From: Eledone cirrhosa
Lineage: Eukaryota
Assembly: GCA_964016885.1 (NCBI GenBank)
Contig: OZ024740.1
Span: 206,336,001-206,400,000, forward strand
Length of the DNA: 64,000 bases
Direction: 5' to 3'
The notes below the pieces were generated by a model. That model was not told the origin of the DNA and did not search any database. It worked only from the letters and a program-made list of their open reading frames with translations. Position numbers and translations under genes: made by a program. Shown in pieces: positions 36,001 through 49,600 of this stretch (its first letter is position 1; every line of letters begins with the position of its first letter).

Positions 36001-39000
36001 ATGAGAGTAGTATAATAACTAATTGTGATAGTGGGAAACGTGATGGTAGTAGTATAATAACTAATTGTGATAGTGGGAAAGGTCATGGTAGTAGTATAAT
36101 AACTAATTGTGATAGTGGGAAATGTCATGGGAGTAGTATAATAACTAATTGTGATAGTGGGAAAGGTGATGGGAGTAGTATAATAACTAATTGTGATAGT
36201 GGGAAAGGTGATGGTAGTAGTATAATAATTGTGATAGTGGGAACGGTGATGGTAGTAGTATAATAACTAATTGTGATAGTGAGAAAGGTGATGGTACTAG
36301 TACAATAACTAATTGTGATAGTGGGAAAGATGATGGGAGTAGTATAATAACTAATTGTGATAGTGGGAAAGGTGATGGTAGTAGTATAATAACTAATTGT
36401 GATAGTGGGAAAGGTGATGGTAGTAGTATAATAACTAATTGTGATAGTAGGAAAGGTGATGGTAGTAGTATAATAATTGTGATAGTAGGAAAGGTGATGG
36501 TAGTAGTATAATAACTAATTGTGATAGTGGGAAAGGTGATGGTAGTAGTATAATAACTAATTGTGATAGTGAGAAATGTGATGGGAGTAGTATAATAACT
36601 AATTGTGATAGTGGGAAAGATGATGGGAGTAGTATAATAACTAATTGTGATAGTGGGAAAGGTGATGGAAGTAGTAGGTGATGGTAGTAGTATAATAATT
36701 GTGATAGTGGGAAAGGTGATGGTAGTAGTATAATAACTAATTGTGGTAGTGGGAAAGGTGATGGTAGTAGTATAATAACTAATTGTGATAGTGGGAAAGG
36801 TGATGGGAGTAGTATAATAACTAATTGTGATAGTGGGAAAGGTGATGGTAGTAGTATAATAACTAATTGTGATAGTGGGAAAGGTGATGGTAGTAGTATA
36901 ATAACTAATTGTGATAGTGGGAAAGGTGATGGTAGTAGTATAATAATTGTGATAGTAGGAAAGGTGATGGGAGTAGTATAATAACTAATTGTGATAGTGG
37001 GAAAGGTGATGGTAGTAGTATAATAATTGTGATAGTAGGAAAGGTGATGGTAGTAGTATAATAACTAATTGTGATAGTGGAAAAGGTGATGGTAGTAGTA
37101 TAATAATTGTGATAGTGGGAAAGGTGGTGGTAGTAGTATAATAAATAATTGTGATAGTGGGAAAGGTGATGGTAGTAGTATAATAACTAATTGTGATAGT
37201 GGGAAAGGTGATGGTAGTAGTATAATAACTAATTGTGATAGTGAGAAATGTGATGGTAGTAGTATAATAACTAATTGTGATAGTGGGAAAGGTGATGGTA
37301 GTAGTATAATAACTAATTGTGATAGTAGGAAAGGTGATGGTAGTAGTATAATAATTGTGATAGTAGGAAAGGTGATGGTAGTAGTATAATAACTAATTGT
37401 GAAAGTGGGAAAGATGATGGGAGTAGTATAATAATTGTGATAGTGGGAAAGGTGATGGTAGTAGTATAATAACTAATTGTGATAGTGGGAAAGGTGATGA
37501 GAGTAGTATAATAACTAATTGTGATAGTGAGAAAGGTGATGGTAGTAGTACAATAACTAATTGTGATAGTGGGAAACGTGATGGTAGTAGTATAATAACT
37601 AATTGTGATAGTGGGAAAGGTGATGGTAGTAGTATAAACAACTAATTGTGATAGTGGGAAAGGTGATGGGAGTAGTATAATAACTAATTGTGATAGTGGG
37701 AAAGGTCATGGTAGTAGTATAATAACTAATTGTGATAGTGGGAAATGTGATGGGAGTAGTATAATAACTAATTGTGATGGTGGGAAAGGTCATGGTAGTA
37801 GTATAATAACTAATTGTGATAGCGGGAAAGGTCAGGGTAGTAGTATAATAACTAATTGTGATAGTGAGAAAGGTGATGGTAGTAGTACAATAACAAATTG
37901 TGATAGTGGGAAACGTGATGGTAGTAGTATAATAACTAATTGTGATAGTGGGAAAGGTGATGGGAGTAGTATAATAACTAATTGTGATAGTGGGAAACGT
38001 GATGGTAGTAGTATAATAACTAATTGTGATAGTGGGAAAGTTGATGGTAGTAGTATAATAACTAATTGAGATAGTGGGAAAGGTGATGGTAGTAGTATAA
38101 TAATTGTGATAGTGGGAAAGGTGCTGGGAGTAGTATAATAATTGTGATAGTAGGAAAGGTGATGGGAGTAGTATAACTAATTGTGATAGTGGGAAAGGTG
38201 ATTGTAGTAGTATAACTAATTGTGATAGTGGGAAAGGTGATGGCAGTATTATAATAACTAATTGTGATAGTGGGAAAGGTGATGGTAGTAGTATAATAAC
38301 TAATTGTGATAGTGGGAAAGGTGATGGGAGTAGTATAATAATTAATTGTTATAGTGGGAAAGGTGATGGTAGTGGTATACTAACTAATTGTGATAGTGGT
38401 AAAGGTGGTGGTAGTAGTACAATAATTGTGATAGTGGGAAAGGTGGTGATAGTAGTATAATAATTGTGATAGTGGGAAAGGTGATGGTAGTAGTATAATA
38501 ACTAATTGTGATAGTGGGAAAGGTGATGGTAGTAGTATAATAACTAATTGTGATAGTGGTAAAGGTGATGAGAGTAGTATAATAACTAATTGTGATAGTG
38601 GGAAACGTGATGGTAGTAGTATAATAACTAATTGTGATAGTGGGAAAGGTCATGGTAGTAGTATAATAACTAATTGTGATAGTGGGAAATGTGATGGGAG
38701 TAGTATAATAACTAATTGTGATAGTGGGAAAGGTGATGGGAGTAGTATAATAACTAATTGTGATAGTGGGAAAGGTGATGGTAGTAGTATAATAATTGTG
38801 ATAGTGGGAACGGTGATGGTAGTAGTATAATAACTAATTGTGATAGTGAGAAAGGTGATGGTACTAGTACAATAACTAATTGTGATAGTGGGAAAGATGA
38901 TGGGAGTAGTATAATAACTAATTGTGATAGTGGGAAAGGTGATGGTAGTAGTATAATAACTAATTGTGATAGTGGGAAAGGTGATGGTAGTAGTATAATA

Positions 39001-42000
39001 ACTAATTGTGATAGTAGGAAAGGTGATGGTAGTAGTATAATAATTGTGATAGTAGGAAAGGTGACGGTAGTAGTATAATAACTAATTGTGATAGTGGGAA
39101 AGGTGAATGTAGTAGTATAATAAGTAATTGTGATAGTGGGAAAGGTAATGATAGTAGTATAATAATTGTGATAGTGGGAAAGGTGCTGGTAGTAGTATAA
39201 TAATTGTGATAGTGGGAAAGGTGCTGGGAGTAGTATAATAACTAATTGTGATAGTGGGAAAGGTAATTGTAGTAGTATAATAACTAATTGTGATAGTGTG
39301 CAAGGTGATGGTAGTAGTATAATAACTAATTGTGATAGTGTGCAAGGTGATGGTAGTAGTATAATAACTAATTGTGATAGTGGGAAATATGATGTGAGTA
39401 GTATAATAACTAATTGTGATAGTGGGAAAGGTGATGGTAGTAGTATAATAACTAATTGTGATTGTGGGAAAGTTGATGGTAGTAGTATAATAACTAATTG
39501 AGATAGAGAGAAAGGTGATGGTAGTAGTATAATAATTGTGATAGTGGGAAAGGTGCTGGGAGTAGTATAATAATTGTGATAGTAGGAAAGGTGATGGAGT
39601 AGTATAACTAATTCTGATAGTGGGAAAGGTGATTGTAGTAGTATAACTAATTGTAATAGTGGAAAGGGTGATGGTAGTAGTATAATAATTGTGATAGTGG
39701 GAAAGGTGGTGGTAGTAGTATAATAATTGTGATAGTGGGAAAGGTGATGGGAGTAGTATAATAACTAATCGTGATAGTGGGAAAGGTGATGGTAGTAGTA
39801 TAATAATTGTGATAGTGGGAAAGGTGATGGTAGTAGTATAATAACTAATTGTGATAGTGGGAAAGGTGATGGTAGTAGTATAATAACTAATTGTGATAGT
39901 GGGAAACGTGATGGGAGTAGTATAATAACTAATTGTGATAGAGGGAAAGGTGATGGGAGTAGTATAATAACTAATTGTGATAGTGGGAAAGGTGATGGGA
40001 GTAGTATAATAACTAATTGTGATAGTGGGAAAGGTGATGGTAGTAGTATAATAACTAATTGTGATAGTGCGAAAGGTGATGTTAGTAGTATAATAAGTAA
40101 TTGTGATAGTGGGAAAGGTAATGGTAGTAGTATAATAATTAATTGTGATAGTGGGAAAGGTGATGGTAGTAGTATAATAATTGTAATAGTGGGAAAGATG
40201 ATGGTAGTAGTATAATAACTAATTGTGAAAGTGGGAAAGGTGATGGTACTAGTATAATAACTAATTCTGATAGTGGGAAAGGTGATGGTAGTAGTATAAT
40301 AACTAATTGTGATAGTGGGAAAGGTGATGGTAGTAGTATAATAACTAATTGTGATAGTGGGAAAGGTGATGGTAGTAGTATAATAACTAATTGTGATAGT
40401 GGGAAAGGTGATGGGAGTAGTATAATAACTAATTATGATAGTGGGAAAGGTGATGGTAGTAGTATAATAACTAATTGTGATAGTGGGAAAGGTGATGGGA
40501 ATAGTATAATAATTGTGATAGTGGGAAAGGTGATGGTAGTAGTATAATAACTAATTGTGATAGTGGGAAAGGTGATGGTAGTAGTATTATAACTAATTGT
40601 GATAGTGGGAAAGGTGATGGTAGTAGAATAATAACTAATCGTGATAGTGGGTAAGATGATGGGAGTAGTATAATAACTAATTGTGATAGTGGGAAGGTCA
40701 TGGTAGTAGTATAATAACTAATTGTGATAGTGGGAAAGGTGATGGGAGTAGTATAATAACTAATTGTGATAGTGGGAAAGGTGATGGTAGTAGTATTATA
40801 ACTAATTGTGATAGTGGGAAAGGTGATGGTAGTAGAATAATAACTAATCGTGATAGTGGGTAAGATGATGGGAGTAGTATAATAACTAATTGTGATAGTG
40901 GGAAGGTGATGGTAGTAGTATAATAACTAATTGAGATAGTGGGAAAGGTGATGGTAGTAGTATAATAATTGTGATAGTGGGAAAGGTGCTGGGAGTAGTA
41001 TAATAATTGTGATAGTAGGAAAGGTGATGGGAGTAGTATAACTAATTGTGATAGTGGGAAAGGTGATTGTAGTAGTATAACTAATTGTGATAGTGGGAAA
41101 GGTGATGGCAGTATTATAATAACTAATTGTGATAGTGGGAAAGGTGATGGTAGTAGTATAATAACTAATTGTGATAGTGGGAAAGGTGATGGTAGTAGTA
41201 TAATAACTAATTGTGATAGTGGGAAAGGTGATGGGAGTAGTATAATAATTAATTGTTATAGTGGGAAAGGTGATGGTAGTGGTATACTAACTAATTGTGA
41301 TAGTGGTAAAGGTGGTGGTAGTAGTATAATAATTGTGATAGTGGGAAAGGTGGTGATAGTAGTATAATAATTGTGATAGTGGGAAAGGTGATGGTAGTAG
41401 TATAATAACTAATTGTGATAGTGGGAAAGGTGATGGTAGTAGTATAATAACTAATTGTGATAGTGGTAAAGGTGATGAGAGTAGTATAATAACTAATTGT
41501 GATAGTGGGAAACGTGATGGTAGTAGTATAATAACTAATTGTGATAGTGGGAAAGGTCATGGTAGTAGTATAATAACTAATTGTGATAGTGGGAAATGTG
41601 ATGGGAGTAGTATAATAACTAATTGTGATAGTGGGAAAGGTGATGGGAGTAGTATAATAACTAATTGTGATAGTGGGAAAGGTGATGGTAGTAGTATAAT
41701 AATTGTGATAGTGGGAACGGTGATGGTAGTAGTATAATAACTAATTGTGATAGTGAGAAAGGTGATGGTACTAGTACAATAACTAATTGTGATAGTGGGA
41801 AAGATGATGGGAGTAGTATAATAACTAATTGTGATAGTGGGAAAGGTGATGGTAGTAGTATAATAACTAATTGTGATAGTGGGAAAGGTGATGGTAGTAG
41901 TATAATAACTAATTGTGATAGTAGGAAAGGTGATGGTAGTAGTATAATAATTGTGATAGTAGGAAAGGTGACGGTAGTAGTATAATAACTAATTGTGATA

Positions 42001-43650
42001 GTGGGAAAGGTGAATGTAGTAGTATAATAAGTAATTGTGATAGTGGGAAAGGTAATGATAGTAGTATAATAATTGTGATAGTGGGAAAGGTGCTGGTAGT
42101 AGTATAATAATTGTGATAGTGGGAAAGGTGCTGGGAGTAGTATAATAACTAATTGTGATAGTGGGAAAGGTAATTGTAGTAGTATAATAACTAATTGTGA
42201 TAGTGTGCAAGGTGATGGTAGTAGTATAATAACTAATTGTGATAGTGTGCAAGGTGATGGTAGTAGTATAATAACTAATTGTGATAGTGGGAAATATGAT
42301 GTGAGTAGTATAATAACCAATTGTGATAGTCGGAAAGGTGATGGTAGTAGTATAATAACTAATTGTGATTGTGGGAAAGTTGATGGTAGTAGTATAATAA
42401 CTAATTGAGATAGAGAGAAAGGTGATGGTAGTAGTATAATAATTGTGATAGTGGGAAAGGTGCTGGGAGTAGTATAATAATTGTGATAGTAGGAAAGGTG
42501 ATGGAGTAGTATAACTAATTCTGATAGTGGGAAAGGTGATTGTAGTAGTATAACTAATTGTAATAGTGGAAAGGGTGATGGTAGTAGTATAATAATTGTG
42601 ATAGTGGGAAAGGTGGTGGTAGTAGTATAATAATTGTGATAGTGGGAAAGGTGATGGGAGTAGTATAATAACTAATCGTGATAGTGGGAAAGGTGATGGT
42701 AGTAGTATAATAATTGTGATAGTGGGAAAGGTGATGGTAGTAGTATAATAACTAATTGTGATAGTGGGAAAGGTGATGGTAGTAGTATAATAACTAATTG
42801 TGATAGTGGGAAACGTGATGGGAGTAGTATAATAACTAATTGTGATAGAGGGAAAGGTGATGGGAGTAGTATAATAACTAATTGTGATAGTGGGAAAGGT
42901 GATGGGAGTAGTATAATAACTAATTGTGATAGTGGGAAAGGTGATGGTAGTAGTATAATAACTAATTGTGATAGTGCGAAAGGTGATGTTAGTAGTATAA
43001 TAAGTAATTGTGATAGTGGGAAAGGTAATGGTAGTAGTATAATAATTAATTGTGATAGTGGGAAAGGTGATGGTAGTAGTATAATAATTGTAATAGTGGG
43101 AAAGATGATGGTAGTAGTATAATAACTAATTGTGAAAGTGGGAAAGGTGATGGTACTAGTATAATAACTAATTCTGATAGTGGGAAAGGTGATGGTAGTA
43201 GTATAATAACTAATTGTGATAGTGGGAAAGGTGATGGTAGTAGTATAATAACTAATTGTGATAGTGGGAAAGGTGATGGTAGTAGTATAATAACTAATTG
43301 TGATAGTGGGAAAGGTGATGGGAGTAGTATAATAACTAATTATGATAGTGGGAAAGGTGATGGTAGTAGTATAATAACTAATTGTGATAGTGGGAAAGGT
43401 GATGGGAATAGTATAATAATTGTGATAGTGGGAAAGGTGATGGTAGTAGTATAATAACTAATTGTGATAGTGGGAAAGGTGATGGTAGTAGTATTATAAC
43501 TAATTGTGATAGTGGGAAAGGTGATGGTAGTAGAATAATAACTAATCGTGATAGTGGGTAAGATGATGGGAGTAGTATAATAACTAATTGTGATAGTGGG
43601 AAGGTCATGGTAGTAGTATAATAACTAATTGTGATAGTGGGAAAGGTGAT
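30050..43650. repeat. SINE-free higher-order repeats of ~2.6-3.4 kb
   Basis: ORF offsets of 3338 (32479/35817), 5905 (31488/37393, 33177/39082) and 2907 (38384/41291, 39298/42205, 40471/43378); marker variants GTGTGCAAGG and GGTCAGGG recur at these offsets. Confidence 0.85.
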
Positions 43651-46600
43651 GGGAGTAGTATAATAATTGTGATAGTGGGAAAGGTGATGGCAGTAGTATA
43701 ATAACTAATTGTGATAGTGGGAAAGGTGATGGGAGTAGTATAATAATTAATTGTGATAGTGGGAAGGGTGATGGTAGTGGTATAATAACTAATTGTGATG
43801 GTGGGAAAGGTGGTGGTAGTAGAATAATAATTGTGATAGTGGGAAAGGTGGTGGTAGTAGTATAATAATTGTGATAGTGGGAAAGGTGATGGTAGTAGTA
43901 TAATAACTAATTGTGATAGTGGGAAAGGTGATGGTAGTAGTATAATAACTAATTGTGATAGTGGGAAAGGTGATGGGAGTAGTATAATAACTAATTGTGA
44001 TAGTGGGAAAGGTGATGGGAGTAGTATAATAAGTAATTGTGATAGTGGGAAAGGTAATGTTAGTGGTATAATAACTAATTGTGGTAGTGGATAAGGTGAT
44101 GGTAGTAGTATAATAATTAATTGTGATAGTGGGTAAAGGTGATGGGAGTAGTATAATAACTAATTGTGATAGTGGAAAAGGTGATGGTAGTAGTATAATA
44201 ATTGTGATAGTGGGAAAGATGAGGGTAGTAGTATAATAACTAATTGTGAAAGTGGGAAAGGTGATGGGAGTAGTAAAATAGATAATTGTGAGAGTGCGAA
44301 AGGTGATGGTAGTAGTATAATAACTAATTCTGATAGTGGGAAAGGTGTTGGTAGTAGTATAATAACTAATTGTGATAGTGGGAAAGGTGATGGTAGTAAT
44401 ATAATAACTAATTGTGATAGTGGGAAAGGTGATGGTAGTAGTATAATAATTGTGATAGTAGGAAAGGTGATGGGAGTAGTATAATAACTAATTCTGATAG
44501 TGGGAAAGGTGATTGTAGTAGTATAATAATTGTGATAGTGGGAAAGGTGATGGTAGTAGTATAATAACTAATTGTGATAGTGGGAAAGGTGATGGTAGTA
44601 GTATAATAACTAATTGTGATAGTGGGAAAGGTGATGGGAGTAGTATAATAACTAATTGTGATAGTGGGAAAGGTGATGGGAGAAGTATAATAACTAATTG
44701 TGAGAGTGGGAAAGGTGATAGTAGTAGTATAATAACTAATTGTGATAGTGGGAAAGGTGATGGGAGTAGTAAAATAGATAATTGTGAGAGTGCGAAAGGT
44801 GATGGTAGTAGTATAATAACTAATTGTGATAGTGGGAAAGGTGATGGTAGTAGTATAATAACTAATTGTGATAGTGGGAAAGGTGATGGTAGTAGTATAA
44901 TAACTAATTGTGATAGTGGGAAAGATGATGGGAGTAGTATAATAACTAATTGTGATAGTGGGAAGGTGATGGTAGTAGTATAATAACGAATTGTGATAGT
45001 GGGAAAGGTGATGGGAGTAGTATAATAATTGTGATAGTGGGAAAGGTGATGGCAGTAGTATAATAACTAATTGTGATAGTGGGAAAGGTGATGGGAGTAG
45101 TATAATAACTAATTGTGAGAGTGGGAAAGGTGATGGTAGTAGTATAATAACTAATTGTGATAGTGGGAAAGGTGATGGGAGTAGTATAATAACTAATTGT
45201 GAGAGTGGGAAAGGTGATGGTAGTAGTATAATAACTAATTGTGATAGTGGGAAAGGTGATGGTAGTAGTTTAATAACTAATTTTCATAGTGAGAAAGGTG
45301 GTGGTAGTAGTACAATAACAAATTGTGATAGTGACAAAGATGATGGGAGTAGTATAATAACTAATTGTGATAGTGCCAAAGGTGATGGAAGTAGTAGGTG
45401 ATGGTAGTAGTATAATAATTGTGATAGTGGGAAAGGTGATGGTAGTAGTATAATAACTAATTGTGATAGTGGGAAAGGTGATGGTAGTAGTATAATAACT
45501 AATTGTGATAGTGGGAAAGGTGATGGGAGTAGTATAATAACTAATTGTGGTAGTGGGAAAGGTGATGGGAGTAGTATAATAACTAATTGTGAGAGTGCGA
45601 AAGGTGATGGTAGTAATATAATAACTAATTGTGATAGTGGGAAAGGTGATGGTAGTAGTATAATAACTAATTGTGATAGTGGGAAAGATGATGGGAATAG
45701 TATAATAACTAATTGTGATAGTGGGAAGGTCATGGTAGTAGTATAATAACTAATTGTGATAGTGGGAAAGGTGATGGGAGTAGTATAATAATTGTGATGG
45801 TGGGAAAGGTGATGGCAGTAGTATAATAACTAATTGTGATAGTGGGAAAGGTGATGGGAGTAGTATAATAACTAATTGTGATAGTGGGAAAGGTGGTGGT
45901 AGTAGTATAATAACTAATTGTGATAGTGGGAAAGGTGATGGTAGTAGTATAATAACTAATTGTGATAGTGGGAAAGGTGATGGGAGTAGTATAATAATTG
46001 TGATGGTGGGAAAGGTGATGGCAGTAGTATAACTAATTGTGATAGTGGGAAAGGTGATGGGAGTAGTATAATAACTAATTGTGATAGTGGGAAAGGTGGT
46101 GGTAGTAGTATAATAACTAATTGTGATAGTGGGAAAGGTGATGGGAGTAGTATAATAACTAATTGTGAGAGTGGGAAAGGTGATGGTAGTAGTATAATAA
46201 CTAATTGTGATAGTGGGAAAGGTGATGGGAGTAGTATAATAACTAATTGTGATAGTGGGAAAGGTGATGGGAGTAGTATAATAATTGTGATGGTGGGAAA
46301 GGTGATGGCAGTAGTATAATAACTAATTGTGATAGTGGGAAGGGTGATGGTAGTGGTATAATAACTAATTGTGATAGTGGGAAAGGTGGTGGTAGTAGTA
46401 TAATAATTGTGATAGTGGGAAAGGTGGTGGTAGTAGTATAATAATTGTGATAGTGGGAAAGGTGATGGTAGTAGTATAATAACTAATTGTGATAGTGGGA
46501 AAGGTGATGGTAGTAGTATAATAACTAATTGTGATAGTGGGAAAGGTGATGGGAGTAGTATAATAATTAATTGTGATAGTGGGAAGGGTGATGGTAGTGG

Positions 46601-49600
46601 TATAATAACTAATTGTGATAGTGGGAAAGGTGGTGGTAGTAGTATAATAATTGTGATAGTGGGAAAGGTGGTGGTAGTAGTATAATAATTGTGATAGTGG
46701 GAAAGGTGATGGTAGTAGTATAATAACTAATTGTGATAGTGGGAAAGGTGATGGTAGTAGTATAATAACTAATTGTGATAGTGGGAAAGGTGATGGTAGT
46801 AGTATAATAACTAATTGTGATAGTGGGAAAGGTGATGGGAGTAGTATAATAATTAATTGTGATAGTGGGAAGGGTGATGGTAGTGGTATAATAACTAATT
46901 GTGATAGTGGGAAAGGTGATGGTAGTAGTATAATAACTAATTGTGATAGTTGGAAAGGTGATGGGAGTAGTATAATAACTAATTGTGATAGTGGGAAAGG
47001 TGATGGGAGAAGTATAATAACTAATTGTGAGAGTGGGAAAGGTGATAGTAGTAGTATAATAACTAATTGTGATAGTGGGAAAGGTGATGGGAGTAGTAAA
47101 ATAGATAATTGTGAGAGTGCGAAAGGTGATGGTAGTAGTATAATAACTAATTGTGATAGTGGGAAAGGTGATGGTAGTAGTATAATAACTAATTGTGATA
47201 GTGGGAAAGGTGATGGTAGTAGTATAATAATTGTGATAGTGGGAAAGGTGATGGTAGTAGTATAATAATTGTGATAGTGGGAAAGGTGATGGTAGTAGTA
47301 TAATAACTAATTGTGATAGTGGGAAAGGTGATGGTAGTAGTACAATAACTAATTGTGATAGTGGGAAAGATGATGGGAGTAGTATAATAAATAATTGTGA
47401 TAGTGGGAAAGGTGATGGTAGTAGTATAACAACTAATTGTGATAGTGGGAAAGGTGATGGTAGTAGTATAATAACTAATTGTGATAGTGGGAAAGATGAT
47501 GGGAGTAGTTTAATAACTAATTGTGATAGTGCGAAAGGTGATGGAAGTAGTACAATAACTAATTGTGATAGTGGCAAAGGTGATGGTAGTAGTATAATAA
47601 CTAATTGTGATAGTGGGAAAGGTGATGGTAGTAGTATAATAACTAATTGTGATAGTGCCAAAGGTGATGGAAGTAGTAGGTGATGGTAGTAGTATAATAA
47701 TTGTGATAGTGGGAAAGGTGATGGTAGTAGTATAATAACTAATTGTGATAGTGGGAAAGGTGATGGTAGTAGTATAATAACTAATTGTGATAGTGGGAAA
47801 GGTGATGGTAGTAGTATAATAACTAATTGTGATAGTGGGAAAGGTGATGGGAGTAGTATAATAATTAATTGTGATAGTGGGAAGGGTGATGGTAGTGGTA
47901 TAATAACTAATTGTGATAGTGGGAAAGGTGGTGGTAGTAGTATAATAATGGTGATAGTGGGAAAGGTGATGGCAGTAGTATAATAACTAATTGTGATAGT
48001 GGGAAAGGTGATGGGAGTAGTATAATAATTAATTGTGATAGTGGGAAGGGTGATGGTAGTGGTATAATAACTAATTGTGATGGTGGGAAAGGTGATGGTA
48101 GTAGTATAATAATTGTGACAGTGGGAAAGGTGATGGTAGTAGTATAATAACTAATTGTGATAGTGAGAAAGGTGATGGTACTAGTACAATAACTAATTGT
48201 GATAGTGGCAAAGGTGATGGTAGTAGTATAATAACTAATTGTGATAGTGGGAAAGGTGATGGGAGTAGTATAATAACTAATTGTGATAGCGGGAAAGGTG
48301 ATGGGAGTAGTATAATAACTAATTGTGAGAGTGGGAAAGGTGATGGTAGTAGTATAATAACTAATTGTGATAGTGGGAAAGGTGATTGTAGTAGTATAAT
48401 AATTGTGATAGTGGGAAAGGTGATGGTACTAGTATAATAACTAATTGTCATAGTGAGAAAGGTGATGGTAGTAGTACAATAACAAATTGTGATAGTGGGA
48501 AAGATGATGGGAGTAGTATAATAACTAATTGTGATAGTGGGAAAGGTGATGGTAGTAGTACAATAACTAATTGTGATAGTGGGAAAGATGATGGGAGTAG
48601 TATAATAACTAATTGTGATAGTGGGAAAGGTGATGGTAGTAGTATAATAATTGTGATAGTGGGAAAGGTGCTGGGAGTAGTATAATAATTGTAATAGTAG
48701 GAAAGGTGATAGGAGTAGTATAACTAATTATGATAGTGGGAAAGGTGATTGTAGTAGAATAATAACTAATTGTGATAGTGGGAAAGGTGATGGGAGTAGT
48801 ATCATAATTAATTGTGATAGTGGGAAAGGTGATTGTAGTAGTATAATAATTGTGATAGTGGGAAACATGATGGTAGTAGTATAATAACTAATTGTGAAAG
48901 TGGGAAAGGTGATGGTACTAGTATAATAACTAATTGTGATAGTGGGAAAGGTGATGGGAGTAGTATAATAATTGTGATAGTCGGAAAGGTGTTAGCAGTA
49001 TTATAATAACTAATTGTGATAGTGGGAAAGGTGATGGGAGTAGTATAATAATTAATTGTGATAGTGGGAAAGGTGATGGTAGTGGTATAATAACCAATTG
49101 TGATAGTGGGAAAGGTGGTGGTAGTAGTATAATAATTGTGATAGTGGGAAAGGTGATGGTAGTAGTATAATAACTAATTGTGATAGTGGGAAAGATGATG
49201 GGAGTAGTATAATAACTAATTGTGATAGTGGGAAGGTCATGGTAGTAGTATAATAACTAATTGTGATAGTGGGAAAGGTGATGTGAGTAGTATAATAATT
49301 GTGATAGTGGGAAAGGTGATGGCAGTAGTATAATAACTAATTGTGATAGTGGGAAAGGTGATGGGAGTAGTATAATAACTAATTGTGAGAGTGGGAAAGG
49401 TGATGGTAGTAGTATAATAACTAATTGTGATAGTGGGAAAGGTGATGGTAGTAGTATAATAATTGTGATAGTGGGAAAGGTGGTGGTAGTAGTATAATAA
49501 TGGTGATAGTGGGAAAGGTGATGGCAGTAGTATAATAACTAATTGTGATAGTGGGAAAGGTGATGGGAGTAGTATAATAATTAATTGTGATAGTGGGAAG